A DNA stretch of 64,000 nt from Podarcis vaucheri (taxonomy: Eukaryota). Made by a program: the position numbers and the translations under genes. Below are positions 37,901-52,700 of this stretch, piece by piece (the stretch's first letter is position 1; each line of letters begins with the position of its first letter). The stretch lies in NCBI GenBank assembly GCA_965113315.1, contig OZ220363.1; one strand, given 5' to 3'. The notes beneath the pieces were generated by a model. It did no database searches. It was not told the origin of the DNA and saw only the letters and a list, made by a program, of their open reading frames with translations.

Positions 37901-40744
37901 AGCTATCTTCCTATGACACAAACTAACAACAGGAGGTACTCCCCAAAACTTAAGACTTCCTGGGCAGAGTTTATAAGGATTTGATTGGGGTACAAAGCTA
38001 AGATTGATGGATTTCTCAGTTCATGGAATAGAGCCTTGTAATATTGGGATTAACCTAGATTTGTCTGTTCTTCTTGGCAAGACAAATCAACTTAATGTAA
38101 TGAGACTGAGTTGGCTTCTGGTATATAAAACTACTACTGTTTGTTTAGCATTCTCTTTTTTTGCTAGTGTGCTCAGTATTACAAAAGGGATTCCCACCCC
38201 CTTTGAATTCTGATTAGAGAAAATATTTACAAAATAATATTCTTGCTGTCAGAAACCTAATATATTCACTTTTGTAGTTGGTCCACCATACTGTCTACAT
38301 CTTCGTGTAAAGTTTTACTCTTCCGAACCGAACAACCTACGTGAAGAGCTCACCAGGTACGTTGTATGCAGTGATACAAACTGGAGATCTCAAATCCAGT
38401 ACAGGCAATGACCAATTTATGTGCGTCTATCACACACACATGCACAGCACCAAACCTGGAAGTGACCCTAAAAATCACTAGAAAGGTGGGGAGGGGAAGG
38501 GTGGAACATTTTACATGGGTCCCTCCAATGCGTGCAAGGGTCGAGAACATAGTGTCCTGTGCAAAACAAGGATTGCTTGCTTGTTTGCAGTACATTTGCT
38601 TTTTGTGCTATATCTTTCATATTAATCTGCATATGATTGTTGGCGGTCTCTCTTTTTCCCCGTTCATAGATGAATCAAAATTCCAATCCACCTGGTTGTA
38701 TCTCACTACTGTAATGTCCCTGAATGTTAAAATTGCAGGGAAGGCATTTGGGCAGAATCTCACATACATTGCCACAGTTTCAAGGTGTTCCATTCCCACA
38801 GTACAGTGAATAGGAGTTCCCAGCACTTCAAGGAACTGGCAGTTCTTTGGTGCTGGGTGTTTTCCTTTCTGCTGTGAGTAATCCTTATACCCAGTCCTTC
38901 TGCTCCGGCCTTTGCTGTAAATTGGGTCCTGATAATCTTTACGAAATCATTAATGAAGTATAGTTTTGAGGAAACACTGAACTTTGATAGAAATATTTTT
39001 AGACATGTTTGGGAAATCCATCCACCCCCTTTCAATATTGCACACTAGGAAATCAGAGAAAACAGAAACTACAAATTGGATATTCTTTAATTAGAATTTC
39101 ATTCTCTTGCGATGAAATATACTGCTCCATGTTTCCATACTTGAAGTGAGAGACCACAGTGCGTTATCTCATAATTAAGTCTAGCTGCTGATATTTGCTG
39201 CTCTTCTCCAGTGCTGGAATTGTTCACAAACTCATGGATGTTTCTTGCTCTTTCTTCCTGAAATAGATATTTATTTGTTCTTCAGCTAAAACAGGACATT
39301 TTGAGTGGCAAGTAAGTACTGTTGATAATTACGCTAAATGAAGGGGGCTTGTCTCTTATCAAATATGTGCAGGAAATTTAGGATACAAATATAGAACATG
39401 TGCATCTCCAAGGTGCTGAAAGTATTAGTAGCTACTTACCATGCTTTGTAGCAGTGAACATTAATGGACTCTGGTAGTTATAATTAGCCATTTGTTTAGA
39501 TTCTTTCCTCAGATTTAGTATTTAAAATTCCACAATTGCATCTTAGAAATCTTCATAATTTTTTACCACCTAAAGCAGTGGTTCTCAAAGGGTGTGGCCC
39601 AGAGAAATAAGTTTGAGAACCACTGGCCTAAAGACTATGGTCAGGTTTCTGCAAGGATGTACAAAAGAGGAGGGAGGTGGTAGGTTGAGAATGAGGATGT
39701 GCTGCTGTATGTGGTGCGTAAGCTATGTGATGTCAATTATTAATGGTTCATTTAATTCAAATGCAGACTTTTTGGGACAGATTTGGTGTGGCGTAATTGA
39801 AGAATATATTAATGATTCCCCAATCCATATATTTGTAGGATCTAGGCTGACTTAGGCAAGCTTATTTGCTCCTTTAATGTAAAGCGTACATTTCTGAAAA
39901 TTCAAGTGTTATAGGAACATGGGCTTTAAGTATATTTCTGAGTAATATCTCAAGTTCGCTGAAACGGTTCACTACATCTTCCCCTTCCAAATCTTTGACC
40001 CATAATCATTTCCTCATACTGCCATTGAAATTTGCTTGATGTTCTTTTTTTTTTAATTGCAGGTTGGAGTGTCCATTTGAAACAGCTGTGCAGTTGTCAG
40101 CTTACATGTTACAAGGTGAGCTGCCTTAAGGGAACTGCCTTTGTGTGGGTGTATTGCTTGAGGTGCAGGACTGATTCGAATAAGACAAGGTTTCCTTTAC
40201 AGATAGCAAACCTTATGTAAACTGCTGGTCACATTAATTGCCAGGGATTCAGATAAATTACTGTACTTGAGCTATTTCTGGGCATTGTTGCTTTTTCGCT
40301 TTAGGGATATATTTTGTAGCCAGAGGATTATAACAGCTGATAGGGCTCAGTCATGTGAGGCTTACCACTAAGATCTTAGCTTTTTCTTGCTACTGTACCA
40401 TCTAGCACGAGTGGGAAGTATGAGTGGAATCCTGGGGTGTGGACTACCTTATAGTCCTTGTGTAGGAAAAAGGAGGGCAGGTGTGAGAAGAATTAACTTG
40501 CTTAAGTGAAATAATTATTTTACCATAGATTCCTCAGAGCTTTGGGTCCATTCAGAAAAATACTGTGAACCTCATATTGAGATTTGTTGTTTATTTTGGC
40601 AAAGCAAGCTCAGACTTCTGCACTTTGACGTCTACATTTGTACTTACTGAAAGAGATGTCAGCTTGGAAGTGTTTATTAGGGATAGTTTGCAACAGAAAT
40701 TAAGTGTTTTCTTGATTACCTTGCATGATTCTCTCTGTCTCTCT

Positions 40745-40783
<39 letters not shown>

Positions 40784-43700
40784 CACACACACCTTTATGT
40801 CAACAAAATAGAGTAATTGCATTACAATGGGTTGTAGTCGCACAGCCTTTGCCTATTTGAGGACTTTAAAACCCTTTTATATAGAAATAAGTCCAACTAC
40901 ATTCATTCAATGAAACCTCTAAGTAAGTGTGTCTAGAATCATTATTGCAAGATCGTTACTGCAGAGCAAAAGGAATTTTCTGTGATTCTCATAGTTCTGG
41001 TTGTAGATAACTGTGTTGGAAGTAGATACTCATAAGTTCCTAATCAGTGATCAGTGGCTGTTAGTCTTGTATCAAATGTAGTTTTTAAAGTTATCTATAT
41101 TTCCTGTGGGACTTAGAATCTTAGAAAGTATTATATGTGCCTGCCAGGTAAAACAGTATGTCGCAAAAAGGTACTTCCCCACACAAAAGGAGCGGGTGCC
41201 ACTGTGGTCTAAACCACTGAGCCTCTTGGGCTTGCTGATCGGAAGGTCAGCAGTTCAAATCCACACAACGGTGGTGAGCTCCTGTTGCTGTGTCCTAGCT
41301 TCTACCAACCCATCAGTTCTAAAGCATACCAGTGCAAGTAGATAAATAGGTACTGTTGCGGTAGGAAGGTAAATGGCATTTCCATGCACTCTGGCACTTG
41401 TCAGGGTGTTCTGTTGTGCCAGAAGTGTTTTAGTCATGCTGACCATATGACCCCACAGCCTTGGTACAAAAGGTTATATATGTGAAAATATTTATAAATT
41501 AATGTTGATCATTTTTTTAATGTATGAGGCAACAAGGAACACACAAAAAATGTGATTTTCTGTATTGCTTAGATAGGAGAGGGGGACAGACTTTGCGATG
41601 TATTCTGACAATCTTTCAGAGGAATTCATAAATTTGCTGTTTGTTGGGATGGTAAAACCCAACTCTTGATTTTTTTTCCCTACTAACAATCTATAGATAC
41701 TAGTGTTCAGTTGACAGATAAGAACTCAAGTAACACTGGTAAGATAGTGTTGGAAGATACTGGGTTTGATGGTATGGGTAGGCAACTCATTTTCCCGTGT
41801 AATAAGAGAAGACACTTTTGAATCAATTCCCCAGAAGATAGTAATTTTGCAACATGCAACAATGAAGTGTTGGTATTCATGTTTCTGTAGTGGTGGGATG
41901 CAGAGATCCAACTCTGTGAAGAGGGCTGCAGCAAAGCCTTAAAGAATTCATGCCTTGATCCCATTTTGGCATAGATTCTGTTTATAAATTTGCATGACAG
42001 TAAATGTTCGATTCCAGGCTTTGGTGACAGTGCCCAGTACTCAGTAGAATGCTGAGTAGATCCTATTTAAATTAGCTGGAGGTTAACCTAGCTTTGGAAG
42101 CAAGCAAGCATCAAGTAAATTATGGATTTAGAAACTTCCTTAACTTCAGATTGAAAGACTCATGAAAATGCAGCTTAAAATATTTATTCAATAAGCTCAG
42201 TTGTGTTCAAGACCGAAGAAATCTATTAAAATATTTACATAGCACAAAATTTAACAAACATGTTATATTATTCAGTGCTGCTTCTTACATTTCCAGCTGC
42301 TTCTTTTTACATTTTAAAAGACTGCATTAAAAATTTCATGTTTGTGATGGTAAAAAAAGAAAGTGATCTCACTAAGCATCTGCAAGTCTGAGTATCTTAA
42401 AAAAAGAGGAATGAAAGAAGTTAAATAACAATGCTAGTTCCCCCGCCAACATACAGTTTCAGCAGTAAATGAAAATACTCTTCCATATAAGTTTTTGTTT
42501 GTGTCTGTAGTTCTTCCAAAGCTGATTTAAGATTCAGTTTTAACATACCTGTACTAAGATCAAAATACTGATTTCCTATTAAACTGTAAATATTTAAATG
42601 AAGTTTTAATTATCTTTGAATAAATGTTCAGTGTTGTCAATGAAATGAGTCATTGTAGGCACTTCGGATTTTGCCATTTCCAAATTTGCTTTTGCTAGAA
42701 TTTTCTTGAAGTATTCTTCTCTTTCCAGCTGAACTTGGTGACTACGACCCTGCTGAACACATCCCTGATATAGTTTCAGAGTTCAGGTTTGTGCCCGAGC
42801 AAACTGAAGACATGGAACTCGCCATTTTTGAGAAGTGGAAGGAATACAGGTAAAAAATCTCAAATGGTAAATTGCCACATCCATCCAACGCATACCATTG
42901 TATGCATTGCTTTCTTTTGCTGAGTGAAAGGGGACTTTAAATTCCTATGAATACCTTCCTGAGTGTTGGTGTTGTATTTCTGTTGAGACAAACTAGAACA
43001 TAGTCCAAAAGCTGCCTTCATTTTCTGAAGCAATCACAGCAAGCTACAAGACACATCTAAGACCAGATAGTATCATCTGGACAATAGGGTATGCATTTTA
43101 TGCAGTCTACAGCCTTAGCACTTCTTGATGTTATCAATACAGCTCTGTAAGCTTCCACAGCTTAATTTAGCAGTTCAGTATTTTCTTAGCCCCTTGATTT
43201 CAAAACAAAACTCAAGTTGGCCATTATTAAAACTGAGTCGAGATGAGCACTCTTTGGCTTCCTCTACATATATCAAGTTCCCCTTTTTTGTATTCTTTCT
43301 GTAACCTCACTTTTTTATCAAGGCATGTTATTTTTAACTTCATGTGATTTTTGTGTAATATAAATCATTTCAGGGGGCAAACACCAGCTCAGGCAGAAAC
43401 AAATTATTTGAACAAAGCAAAATGGCTGGAAATGTATGGAGTAGACATGCATATAGTCAAGGTAAGTTTATGGTTGTAGGCCGTGCTTTTGGGAACGTTA
43501 TTTTTAGTACTTCTATACACATAAAAATACCTAAACTTGCAGTCTTTGTAGCAATGAGTGGGATCTGCTTCTTACAATAGCCTAGTCTGCCTACCTATAC
43601 AAGTTACGGAGGACAATTTAGTTAATACATATCTTGCTGTGCATCTGCCAGAAATGGCTATGATCTGAAGCTACTGCTTATATACCCAGCTGCTATAACA

Positions 43701-46700
43701 ACAACCACATTTGTGAGCTTACCAAAGGTGGGCTGCATGGCTGGGTGGGGACTTCAACCCTGGTCTCTCATGTCAAAGTCCAACAATGGATCTCTAGACC
43801 AGACACAGTGACTTTATTATCCCAGTGTATTTTGTAGCTAAGAAATGAATTGCTCTGAAATTCTTAATCATAATGTTAAACATATTCGGAATAAACATAA
43901 ATCATGGAAGTCTTGAGAGATGAGTGCTGAAAATAAACTGAGATTTAATATTGTTTGACTTAGGACCAGGTTTGCAGCCTAATGTTAAGTAATTCTCAAG
44001 AAACCACAAATGATAAAGCATAAATGTAGCTTTCAGTGTAGATGTTCTATGTGAAATGTTCTATGTAACTATGTATGTTTCTAGAATTCATATCTGTCAG
44101 CTTGGCTTGATCAAATCCTCAGAGCAGCAGACAATGTCCTTATAAGCAGTGAAAATAATATCCAAAGATAAAATATTTAATAAAACAAAAAATAATAATA
44201 GAATAAATGCTTGGTAAGGGGCTTGTTAATAACATCTGTGACTAAGGCCTTTAATTTTGCTGCAGTATCTTAACAGTGAATGAAAGTATAATTAAAGTAA
44301 CTTGTACCAGCATAAAGTCACATCTGTAGGAATATTCTAATCTAATTTGTATCCCTCTTAGGCAAGAGATGGAAATGATTATAGCCTCGGACTAACACCC
44401 ACAGGAGTTCTTGTGTTTGAAGGAGAAACTAAGATTGGATTGTTCTTCTGGTAAGCAGAATAATTAAAAAATAAATTATTTTAGAGTCTGCAGCCTAGCT
44501 CTAGGCTAGAATTTGTAAGTCTTGTAAGCAAGCACGGTTCTATGTTGGCATTCTCTGTGATTTGCCGTAATAGAGCTCTAGGTGTATTGTGAATGGGTGG
44601 AATGATTCTTGAAAATGGCTGTACAGCTATTTAGTTTGGGCTTTTGAGAAATTAATGTCTGTGTTAGGCTGCGTGTTTATATGTAAAAAAGAGTGGTTTT
44701 TCCTGAGAGTGCAGATATGTCTGGGTATGGGACATTTATTCAGTAGGATGAGTGTATATTTCTCATTCACTGGAAGGAACTAAGAAACTGGTCTACATGA
44801 ATCAAGCATAAACATTCAAAATCAGAAAATTCAATTAGAATTTCCCTTTAAAAAACTCATTTAACATTGACATTTGTGTTAAAGCACCCCATGGTTAAAC
44901 TTGTAATTTTTAAATATTAATTTATAGCACAAGATAATAGCTGGTGTTCTTGCCGTTACATAGGTTTTTGTAAAATACGTTTTTACTAGGTTCTGTATGA
45001 ATTGTGGTGCAATTGCAGTAAAGTACATACATCTTTTACATTTTAACTTTTTCCCATTGCAGGCCAAAGATCACTAGGTTGGACTTCAGAAAGAATAAAT
45101 TAACACTAGTGGTGGTTGAAGATGATGAACAGGTAGAAGGAAGTCTTTGTTCATCTTGCTTCTATTGTTGTGAGTTAGTTTAAGCATAAGTATCGTAGCC
45201 AAAATAAATTAAGGATGGTTGTGGGTGATAACGTAAACATTTTTCCTATTGATTGTAATAGGCACTTAGTGAAAATTATTGTTTGAAAGTGAATAGTGAC
45301 CTGTCATATTCTGAAGAGACTGTCCTTAAAATTTATTTTTCTACCCAAGAATGAATAATGAATAACTATTACAGGTAGTTGAAACATTTACCTAATTGTT
45401 GAAACATAATATCATTTTAACACCAACAGGCATTGTTCATCTTCTTGAAGTAACACAGTGTTACCTGATCTCCTCCACATACAGTATTAGTATTCTTGTA
45501 TTCCATTCTTCCACCAAGTTACTCAAGCCAGCACTCGTTTGTTCATCTGCCACTCCCTCCAACTTTATCCTCATAATAGTCCAATGAGCTATAGGCTGAA
45601 AGTTACAAGCCTAAGATCAATCAGTCAGTGAGAGCATCATGGCTGAATGAGGATTTTAACCTGGCTACTTCTCCCAGGCTAGGGTTCAGTATTCTAATCA
45701 CTAATAATACACTGGATTTCAAGAGTGATCTTTAAGTTTCTACCAATAGTAATGTGAGGTTTCTTCCTCTTTGCATTTGATAAGGCATATTGCTACAGAA
45801 GCAGCACTACCGTTCTTTGTTTATATTAAGTTTGGAGAAATTTGGCTGACTTTGTATTACTTCCAAGTAAAAATATGTTGGATTTTAAGTGCCTAATTAG
45901 TGTGTGTTGATTGATTTGGTAAAGAAACTAGAAAATCAGCCTAAGGGAAGGCAGATTGTAAACACTGGTACTCCAAGCCTTCTTTAAAAAGAAGCAAAAA
46001 ATGGTTTTAATAAATAAATGTCAACTATCTTGAACAAACCACTTGGAAAATAGAAATGCAATCTTTTGCATTCTATTTGTCTTCTTGTCAGGCTACTCAA
46101 GTTGTTGAAAACCATTATTCTCCTCCCCACTCCCAATCCGCAGTCAGCACAAAGTATAGCAGCTCCTATGTCAAGAAGGCAACATATCGCTCAGCAAGGT
46201 CACATGTCTTCAGTTGTGGCTTGGCATTTTTAAAGAAGTTGTGCAGTTTTCCCTTTAAGTGACTAGCGCTGTATAACATGTTTTATAACTGTAATGCTTT
46301 TTTCTGTCTTAATAACAAAAAAGATAAACTGATCCTCTGCTATTTATATTTTATCTCTCTGGCTTCTTCTGTGTCAAGGAAACAGGAAGAACTTGTTATA
46401 TCAGTAATGCTATAAAATACTGAGAGCACATTGTTCTCTTCAGTATTTTATAACATTCTTGGTTGAACTTACCTTTGAGTTATGGGTTCTATGAATGCCT
46501 GCAATTTGTGACTCTAGCTGCGATAATCTGAAGGTAGCATTCATAGTAGTTTTCTAAATGCTCCTGTGGTGGTCCTTCCCCCCCCCCCCTTAAGGGCAAG
46601 GAGCAGGAGCACACTTTTGTCTTTAGGCTGGATCACCCAAAGGCCTGCAAACATTTGTGGAAATGTGCAGTTGAGCATCATGCCTTCTTCCGCCTCCGTG

Positions 46701-49700
46701 GACCCGTCCAAAAAGGTTCCAGTCGGTCAAGCTTCATTCGGCTGGGGTCAAGGTTCAGATACAGGTCAGCAGTCTCTTTTGTTCAATACCTTCTTGCCTG
46801 ACTTTTTCTCAGATAAGGCACAGGAAAGAAAGCTGGTCCGTGGTTTTGTTTGTAGTAGTCACTACTCTAGATTCCTATTGGCATAAAGGGAAAGGATTGA
46901 AAGAGGCACTTAGCTCAGTCAAAATAGTCTGTAGGCATGGAAAATCTGCCGCGTGTTAAGCCTTTCTGCTGCTGTGTTCTGCGAAATACCAAAGCCTAAC
47001 TTTTACCTTGGCCAAATCCAGAAAAGACTGAATTTCTAGATCTCGTGATTAGAGAAAGAAGCCTGAACTGTTTTTGCATATGCTTATTTATTGGAGGAAA
47101 TGGATCTGTAGTTACTCAGATCGAGTATACATCCTTCCCTACTTTCCCTCCCCCATTTAGGGGATAAAGCATTAAAAAACATTAAACTGAGCCCATGAAC
47201 AGATTGGTAGTCAGGGGGGTCAATGTAATATTGGTGTCTTCAGATCTGATGATTGGGCTCCTGTCAGCAGTTCAGCTGCTCATTTTGAACCAATTAAGTT
47301 CCCAAATGCTTTTCAAAGGAAGCACAGTGTGGAACACATTACACAGTGATATAAGATGGTTGTAACCATTGGATGTGGAACTGTGGCCATTTCTCTTCTC
47401 CAGTAGTTATAGCTGGCTCACCAGTTGAAACTGTATTGAAAAGGGCTATGTCAAAGAGCACTCCCATTCTACAAAACTGCTCTAGTAGGTACTAGTGAAT
47501 CCTTGCGTTTTCTCCACCATGTCTTTTGGCTGACTCGCACACAAAGTGTAGAGATGATTTAATGAAAGTGGGGGTAAAGTTTAGCTTCTACAGATATAGA
47601 TTTTTGTGGTGAAACTAATATTTTTGGCACAAAATGTATACAGTTGCAGTAATTATCAGCTGAGTGCACATGGACTATGGTTTTCATCCTATTCACGTTT
47701 CTTGTTTCATTCCATTTTTCCTTGTCTCTGTTTTGTTCTTGGATATCATCTGGTAAGGATCATGTCTGTTTAATATGATTATAGAAACTAATAGTATGTA
47801 TATGACTGGCTTTAAATAAAACAAAAGCACATGAGAACTAAGCGTTTAGAAGAGCAAGGATAATTGGGTGCTGTCGCTTACATCAACTTTTCAAATATAA
47901 ATGTTTTCTCTTGTTCTTTCCACTTCAATCTAGTGGGAAAACAGAGTACCAGACAACAAAGACCAACAAAGCCAGACGATCGGCATCTTTTGAAAGAAGG
48001 CCCAGCAAGCGATACTCAAGGAGAACGCTACAAATGAGAGGTAGCTTGACTCATTGGTAGGCGGTGCCACTCGACTTGATCCAAATTACTACTTTTACTT
48101 ACACTAACTAACAGAATACCTGATCCCCATGCTGTAGCTTAAACTGTTTTTGAAACTAAAAGGTGCTTAATAACTATTGTGGCATGAGTGTAGAGCCTGA
48201 TGTTTCAGAATATCAAATCCACCCCCTTGAGTTCCTAGAGCCAGTGTCTTTGGATCCTTGCCCGTTCTACAAACAGCATACAATATTGTTAATGGGGCAA
48301 TTGCCTGGACTTTCCTTCCCTGTCTTCTGACTTATCCATTGTATTTACTAGGGCTGTGCCAGGCACCCGCAGTTCGGCTCAGGGCCCAATTGGTGATCCT
48401 GATCATGCTCAATCTGGGCTATGAGCTGGACTTGGGGCCTTTCATAGTTCTAATGTTTATTCAGCATTTGAAACCCTAATGAACCATGTGTTTGATGACA
48501 AGGGGACTCTTACCTGCATCATCTCTCCCCCACCTGTTGCTGCCTGAACACCCTCTCCCCTTTTGGCAACCCCAGACCACTCCAGGTGAACCTAGGGTGC
48601 TTGGGGCTGCTTCAACCCAAATCATGGATCTGCCAGAATCCATTTGGAATCTTGGATTTGTCTGGACTGGATGCAAGGCCCTAGTATTTAGTGGAAGTGT
48701 CTGTGAAAGGTGGTAAAGCTGCATGATAGGTAACCCTGCAAATAGTATATACCTATTTCCCCGCACATTCTAAGTTTTAGTCTGTTTTAAAGTGTGTCTC
48801 TAACACTTTGCACAAGTATCTTTGGAAAAAAATAATGCAAGCTTTTTGATATTGTGTAATTGATATATTGGACAATTTTTTGTTTTATTACAGGAAACAC
48901 TCATAAATCTGAAGAAACTAGGTAAGAGGACCTGTCGGCATTAGGCTTCCACAGTAAAGATTTATTCCATGAATATGTCTTGGTCATCTCTATAGGATTA
49001 TCAGGAATATTCTCTGATAATATGTTAAAAGCCCCTTTCCTGTTGCTTACGTATTTTTTCATGAATTAGACACCATTCAAATTAAACAGTAAAACTCATG
49101 CAAGGCAGAGAGCTTAAAAGCTCTTTCCATGCCACATTTTCCTGCCATGGAAAGAGCTTTGTAAGCCCTGCCTTGCTTACTAGGCTCTGGGAAGGTCTTG
49201 TACAGACTCTGGAGATCTCACAAGACCTTGGGATAACCCTGCAAGATTTCCCAGGAGTCCACAACCTCCCAGTGCCCAGTACGCAAAGCCTGTTTGGTGT
49301 GCTGGCTTTGGAAATGTAGGCATGGTCACAGTGGGCTTGTTCTGACTATACACAATTTTGGCTTCACATGCTACCCCCCAGAGTGTAACCCCCCCCCCCC
49401 ACAAGATGTGATCCTACTGTACTTATTTTTTTACTCCTTTTCTTAGTTAGTGAAAGAGGTAGGTAGCCTCATGGGAGTCTGCCATCTTCCCTCTACTTAT
49501 TTTTAATGGTGATATTGGGATATCATGGTATGTTCATCCTAGAGCTAATCAATTCTATGTTTGACTATGCATGCTAATTAACATTGCTGATTAAAATTGA
49601 TTTTAAAAGATGCATGTCGTTTCACTGAAAGTTATTAGATCAGCAGTGAATTTTTTGCTGTTGTTGAAAGAAGTGCTCTTTCATACCTGCTTTTTATGGT

Positions 49701-52700
49701 GTGGTGTTTGACTTAACAGATCTGTGCAAGTTAGCTTCATGTGGAAACCACAACAACCATGCCTTGATGGAACTGGAAACATACACAGATAAGATAAATT
49801 AATGTGTTTTGGTTCCAGGCATCAGGGCTCAGTATTTCACTCTTACCATCGTTGAAAATTTGGCTTTGATTTATTGCACTCCTACCCCTGTTCATCCAGA
49901 TTGATAAGACTTGCCTTGATAAATTCTGCCTACCAGAACTTCATATGGATTATGATGGCTTAGGAAAAAGTCCAGCATATGTGTGAGCATATGTGTAAAA
50001 CAGTCAAAGTAAGGGCTGCTTTGGAGTCAAGTGATGCATACAAATGTAAATACAGAAAATGCTGGTTTGGCCTCAGTTTTATTTATTTATTAATGTCCCT
50101 GTTGCTGATCCTACTTGGAGCTGGCAGACCCAGATAAGCCTTAAAATCCTAACAGTTTGATCTTTGATAAATTAACTTTAAACTATTGGTTTTTTCCCCC
50201 ATTTCAGCCTTCCAAATAATGTTTTCAGCCAAAATAATGGATCACAGCAAGTAAGTTTGTCTAAGCTGTTTACTTAACATTTTTCTAAGTCTTTGCGTCA
50301 AAAGTAAACTAATCTCAAATGCAGTTGCCTTGGCCTCAGAATTTAGAACCTGTAGTAAATGGAAAGTTGGATCATTTGGTTCTCTTGGCCATAAATGTTA
50401 AGCTAATATGAAAATTTACAAACCAAAGTAGAAAACCTTGTGTTCTCATTTCCAAGGCTTAAAAACCAAAATGGTCAAAGGCCTGGAAACGATGCCTTAT
50501 GAGGAACGGTTAAGGGAGCTGGGCATGTTTAGCCTGGAGAAGAGGAGGTTAAGGGGTGATATGATAGCCATGTTCAAATATATAAAAGGATGTCACATAG
50601 AGGAGGGAGAAAGGTTGTTTTCTGCTGCTCCAGAGAAGCGGACACGGAGCAATGGATCCAAACTACAAGAAAGAAGATTCCACCTAAACATTAGGAAGAA
50701 CTTCCTGACAGTAAGAGCTGTTCGACAGTGGAATTTGCTGCCAATGAGTGTGGTGGAGTCTCCTACTTTGGAGGTCTTTAAGCAGAGGCTTGACAACCAT
50801 ATGTCAGGAGTGCTCTGATGGTGTTTCCTGCTTGGCAGGGGGTTGGACTCGATGGCCCTTGTGGTCTCTTCCAACTCTATGATTCTATGAAAAAAACCCA
50901 ATGAAGGCAAAACTACATTTTTGCTTTGTATTTTGTCTTTCAAGAACTGGAGTGCAATGCCCGCCCTACCCTCAGTTACAGCAGTTCCTTCTGGGCCAGT
51001 CTTAGTTGAAATAGAAAATCTCCCACGGAGTCCCGGGACCAGCCAGCAAGACAAGAAATGGTGCGTCACTCTGGTCTCACTTTGCTCTGATTTGGAAATG
51101 ATGAGTTATTGGTCATTTCACATACCTTTCCTGCAACTGATATTGTTCATATTTGTGTCTTCTAAGAAGAATATATTGTTGTGGGGGTCATAGATGGTTC
51201 TTTTCAGCCTAATTTGGATACTTTGTCAATTCATAATTTCCAGTTCCAGTGTTGCTGGGTAGCACCTTGCTATTGTGCACCCTCATTATGTGCTCCCGCA
51301 GTGAAGTGAGTTGAATGACTTGTCCTTCAACCAGGATTGTGCTCTAAGTTCTGGCCAGATGAGAAAAGCCATACTTTTCATTACTGCAGGCTTTTCTTCA
51401 AAAAAATTTATAAAACCATCAAGCTTCACAGCTGCAGGTTTGTTTTTTGCAGTGACCAGGAGGGGTTCACTTAAGAAAATGGAAAAGGTTGCAAATAAGA
51501 GCTTATATTTCATTTAAATTCCTTTTCCTGATGGTCCAGGCTCTGACTATCCATCACGATAAGACCATATTACTTAGCTTTCAGCCCCATTCTGGCTCAA
51601 AAATACTTTTTGCTTCAAAGGGGACAATTTAATCTTGGAGAAAAACTTTTAATTCTCCCAGACACTTTGAAAAACTGCAGGATTACAATGCAGTAGACTT
51701 AAAATTTATCTTAGGCTGTTCCATCCATGCAGTGAACCTTTGACATGTGATCATAATCTGATTTGTTTTGCTTTTGTACAACTTATTTATTTGATCTCAT
51801 TTAATTTGTATGCTATTTAATTGTAAAGAAACATACTTCGAAGTGGTTATAACAGTGATACAGCAAGTATCGCTAATTTGTGGTCCTAATTGTTCAGATG
51901 TATTTGTCTTTTATGCAAACTTAGCTAATTGTATCTGTTGACTTTAAAATGCTCTTGACTTTGGCTTTATATCTTGAAGCTGTTCTGAGCTATGATCAAA
52001 AACATAATCAAAAGGTGCTTTCTCTTTTCTCTTGCCCTTGATTTATCCAGTGTCTGAAATTGGAGGTTTTTCTCTTGAGCTCTTGGTTGCTCTGTCAGTT
52101 TCTTCCTTCCCACTGGTGGTGATTGTAAGGTGGTGATACTTTATTTTTTAAATTCTGTTTTGCCTTATTGGTATGATGGCCTGTCTTGCATAAGCTCAGT
52201 ATAACTGCTGTGCACATGCTTTTTGGTAACATTCTTGTGTGTGGTCTTTAGACTCCAGCTCCAAACAGCTCTGACTATGCTTTAACAGCCTTCTAGCGAT
52301 TTATCAAGGAGTTGCTGCTTCTAAGAATATAAATGGTGTATTTAGAAATGTGCACAGCAGTGATTGTGCTGTGAATTGCAGAATTTGGAAAACTTCAATT
52401 TGCTCCCATTCTCCTTCTAAAATGGGTGGGGAGCTGTGGACCTCCAGATGATGTTAAACTCCAAATCCCATTACCCCAAACTGTTACAGTCAGTGATCAG
52501 GGATGGTGGGAGTTGCAGTCCAGCATCATATTGCTCGAGAGGTTTTCCCTCTTTTATACCCAGTATAATTGCGAAGAAAAGTAAGTGTGTGGTAACTTCA
52601 ATTAAGGCTATTGCTACATGTAGTTCCCTTCATTAATATTAATTAAAATTTCAAAGTGTGTATAATCACATATAGTATATACAACATCTCTTCCACTGAG

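Noticed and set aside
50438-51069. 126-aa plus-strand ORF and 158-aa minus-strand ORF as host genes
   Set aside because: The plus ORF is a 5'-truncated CR1 ORF2 remnant. The minus ORF is the antisense shadow of CR1 and exon 16.
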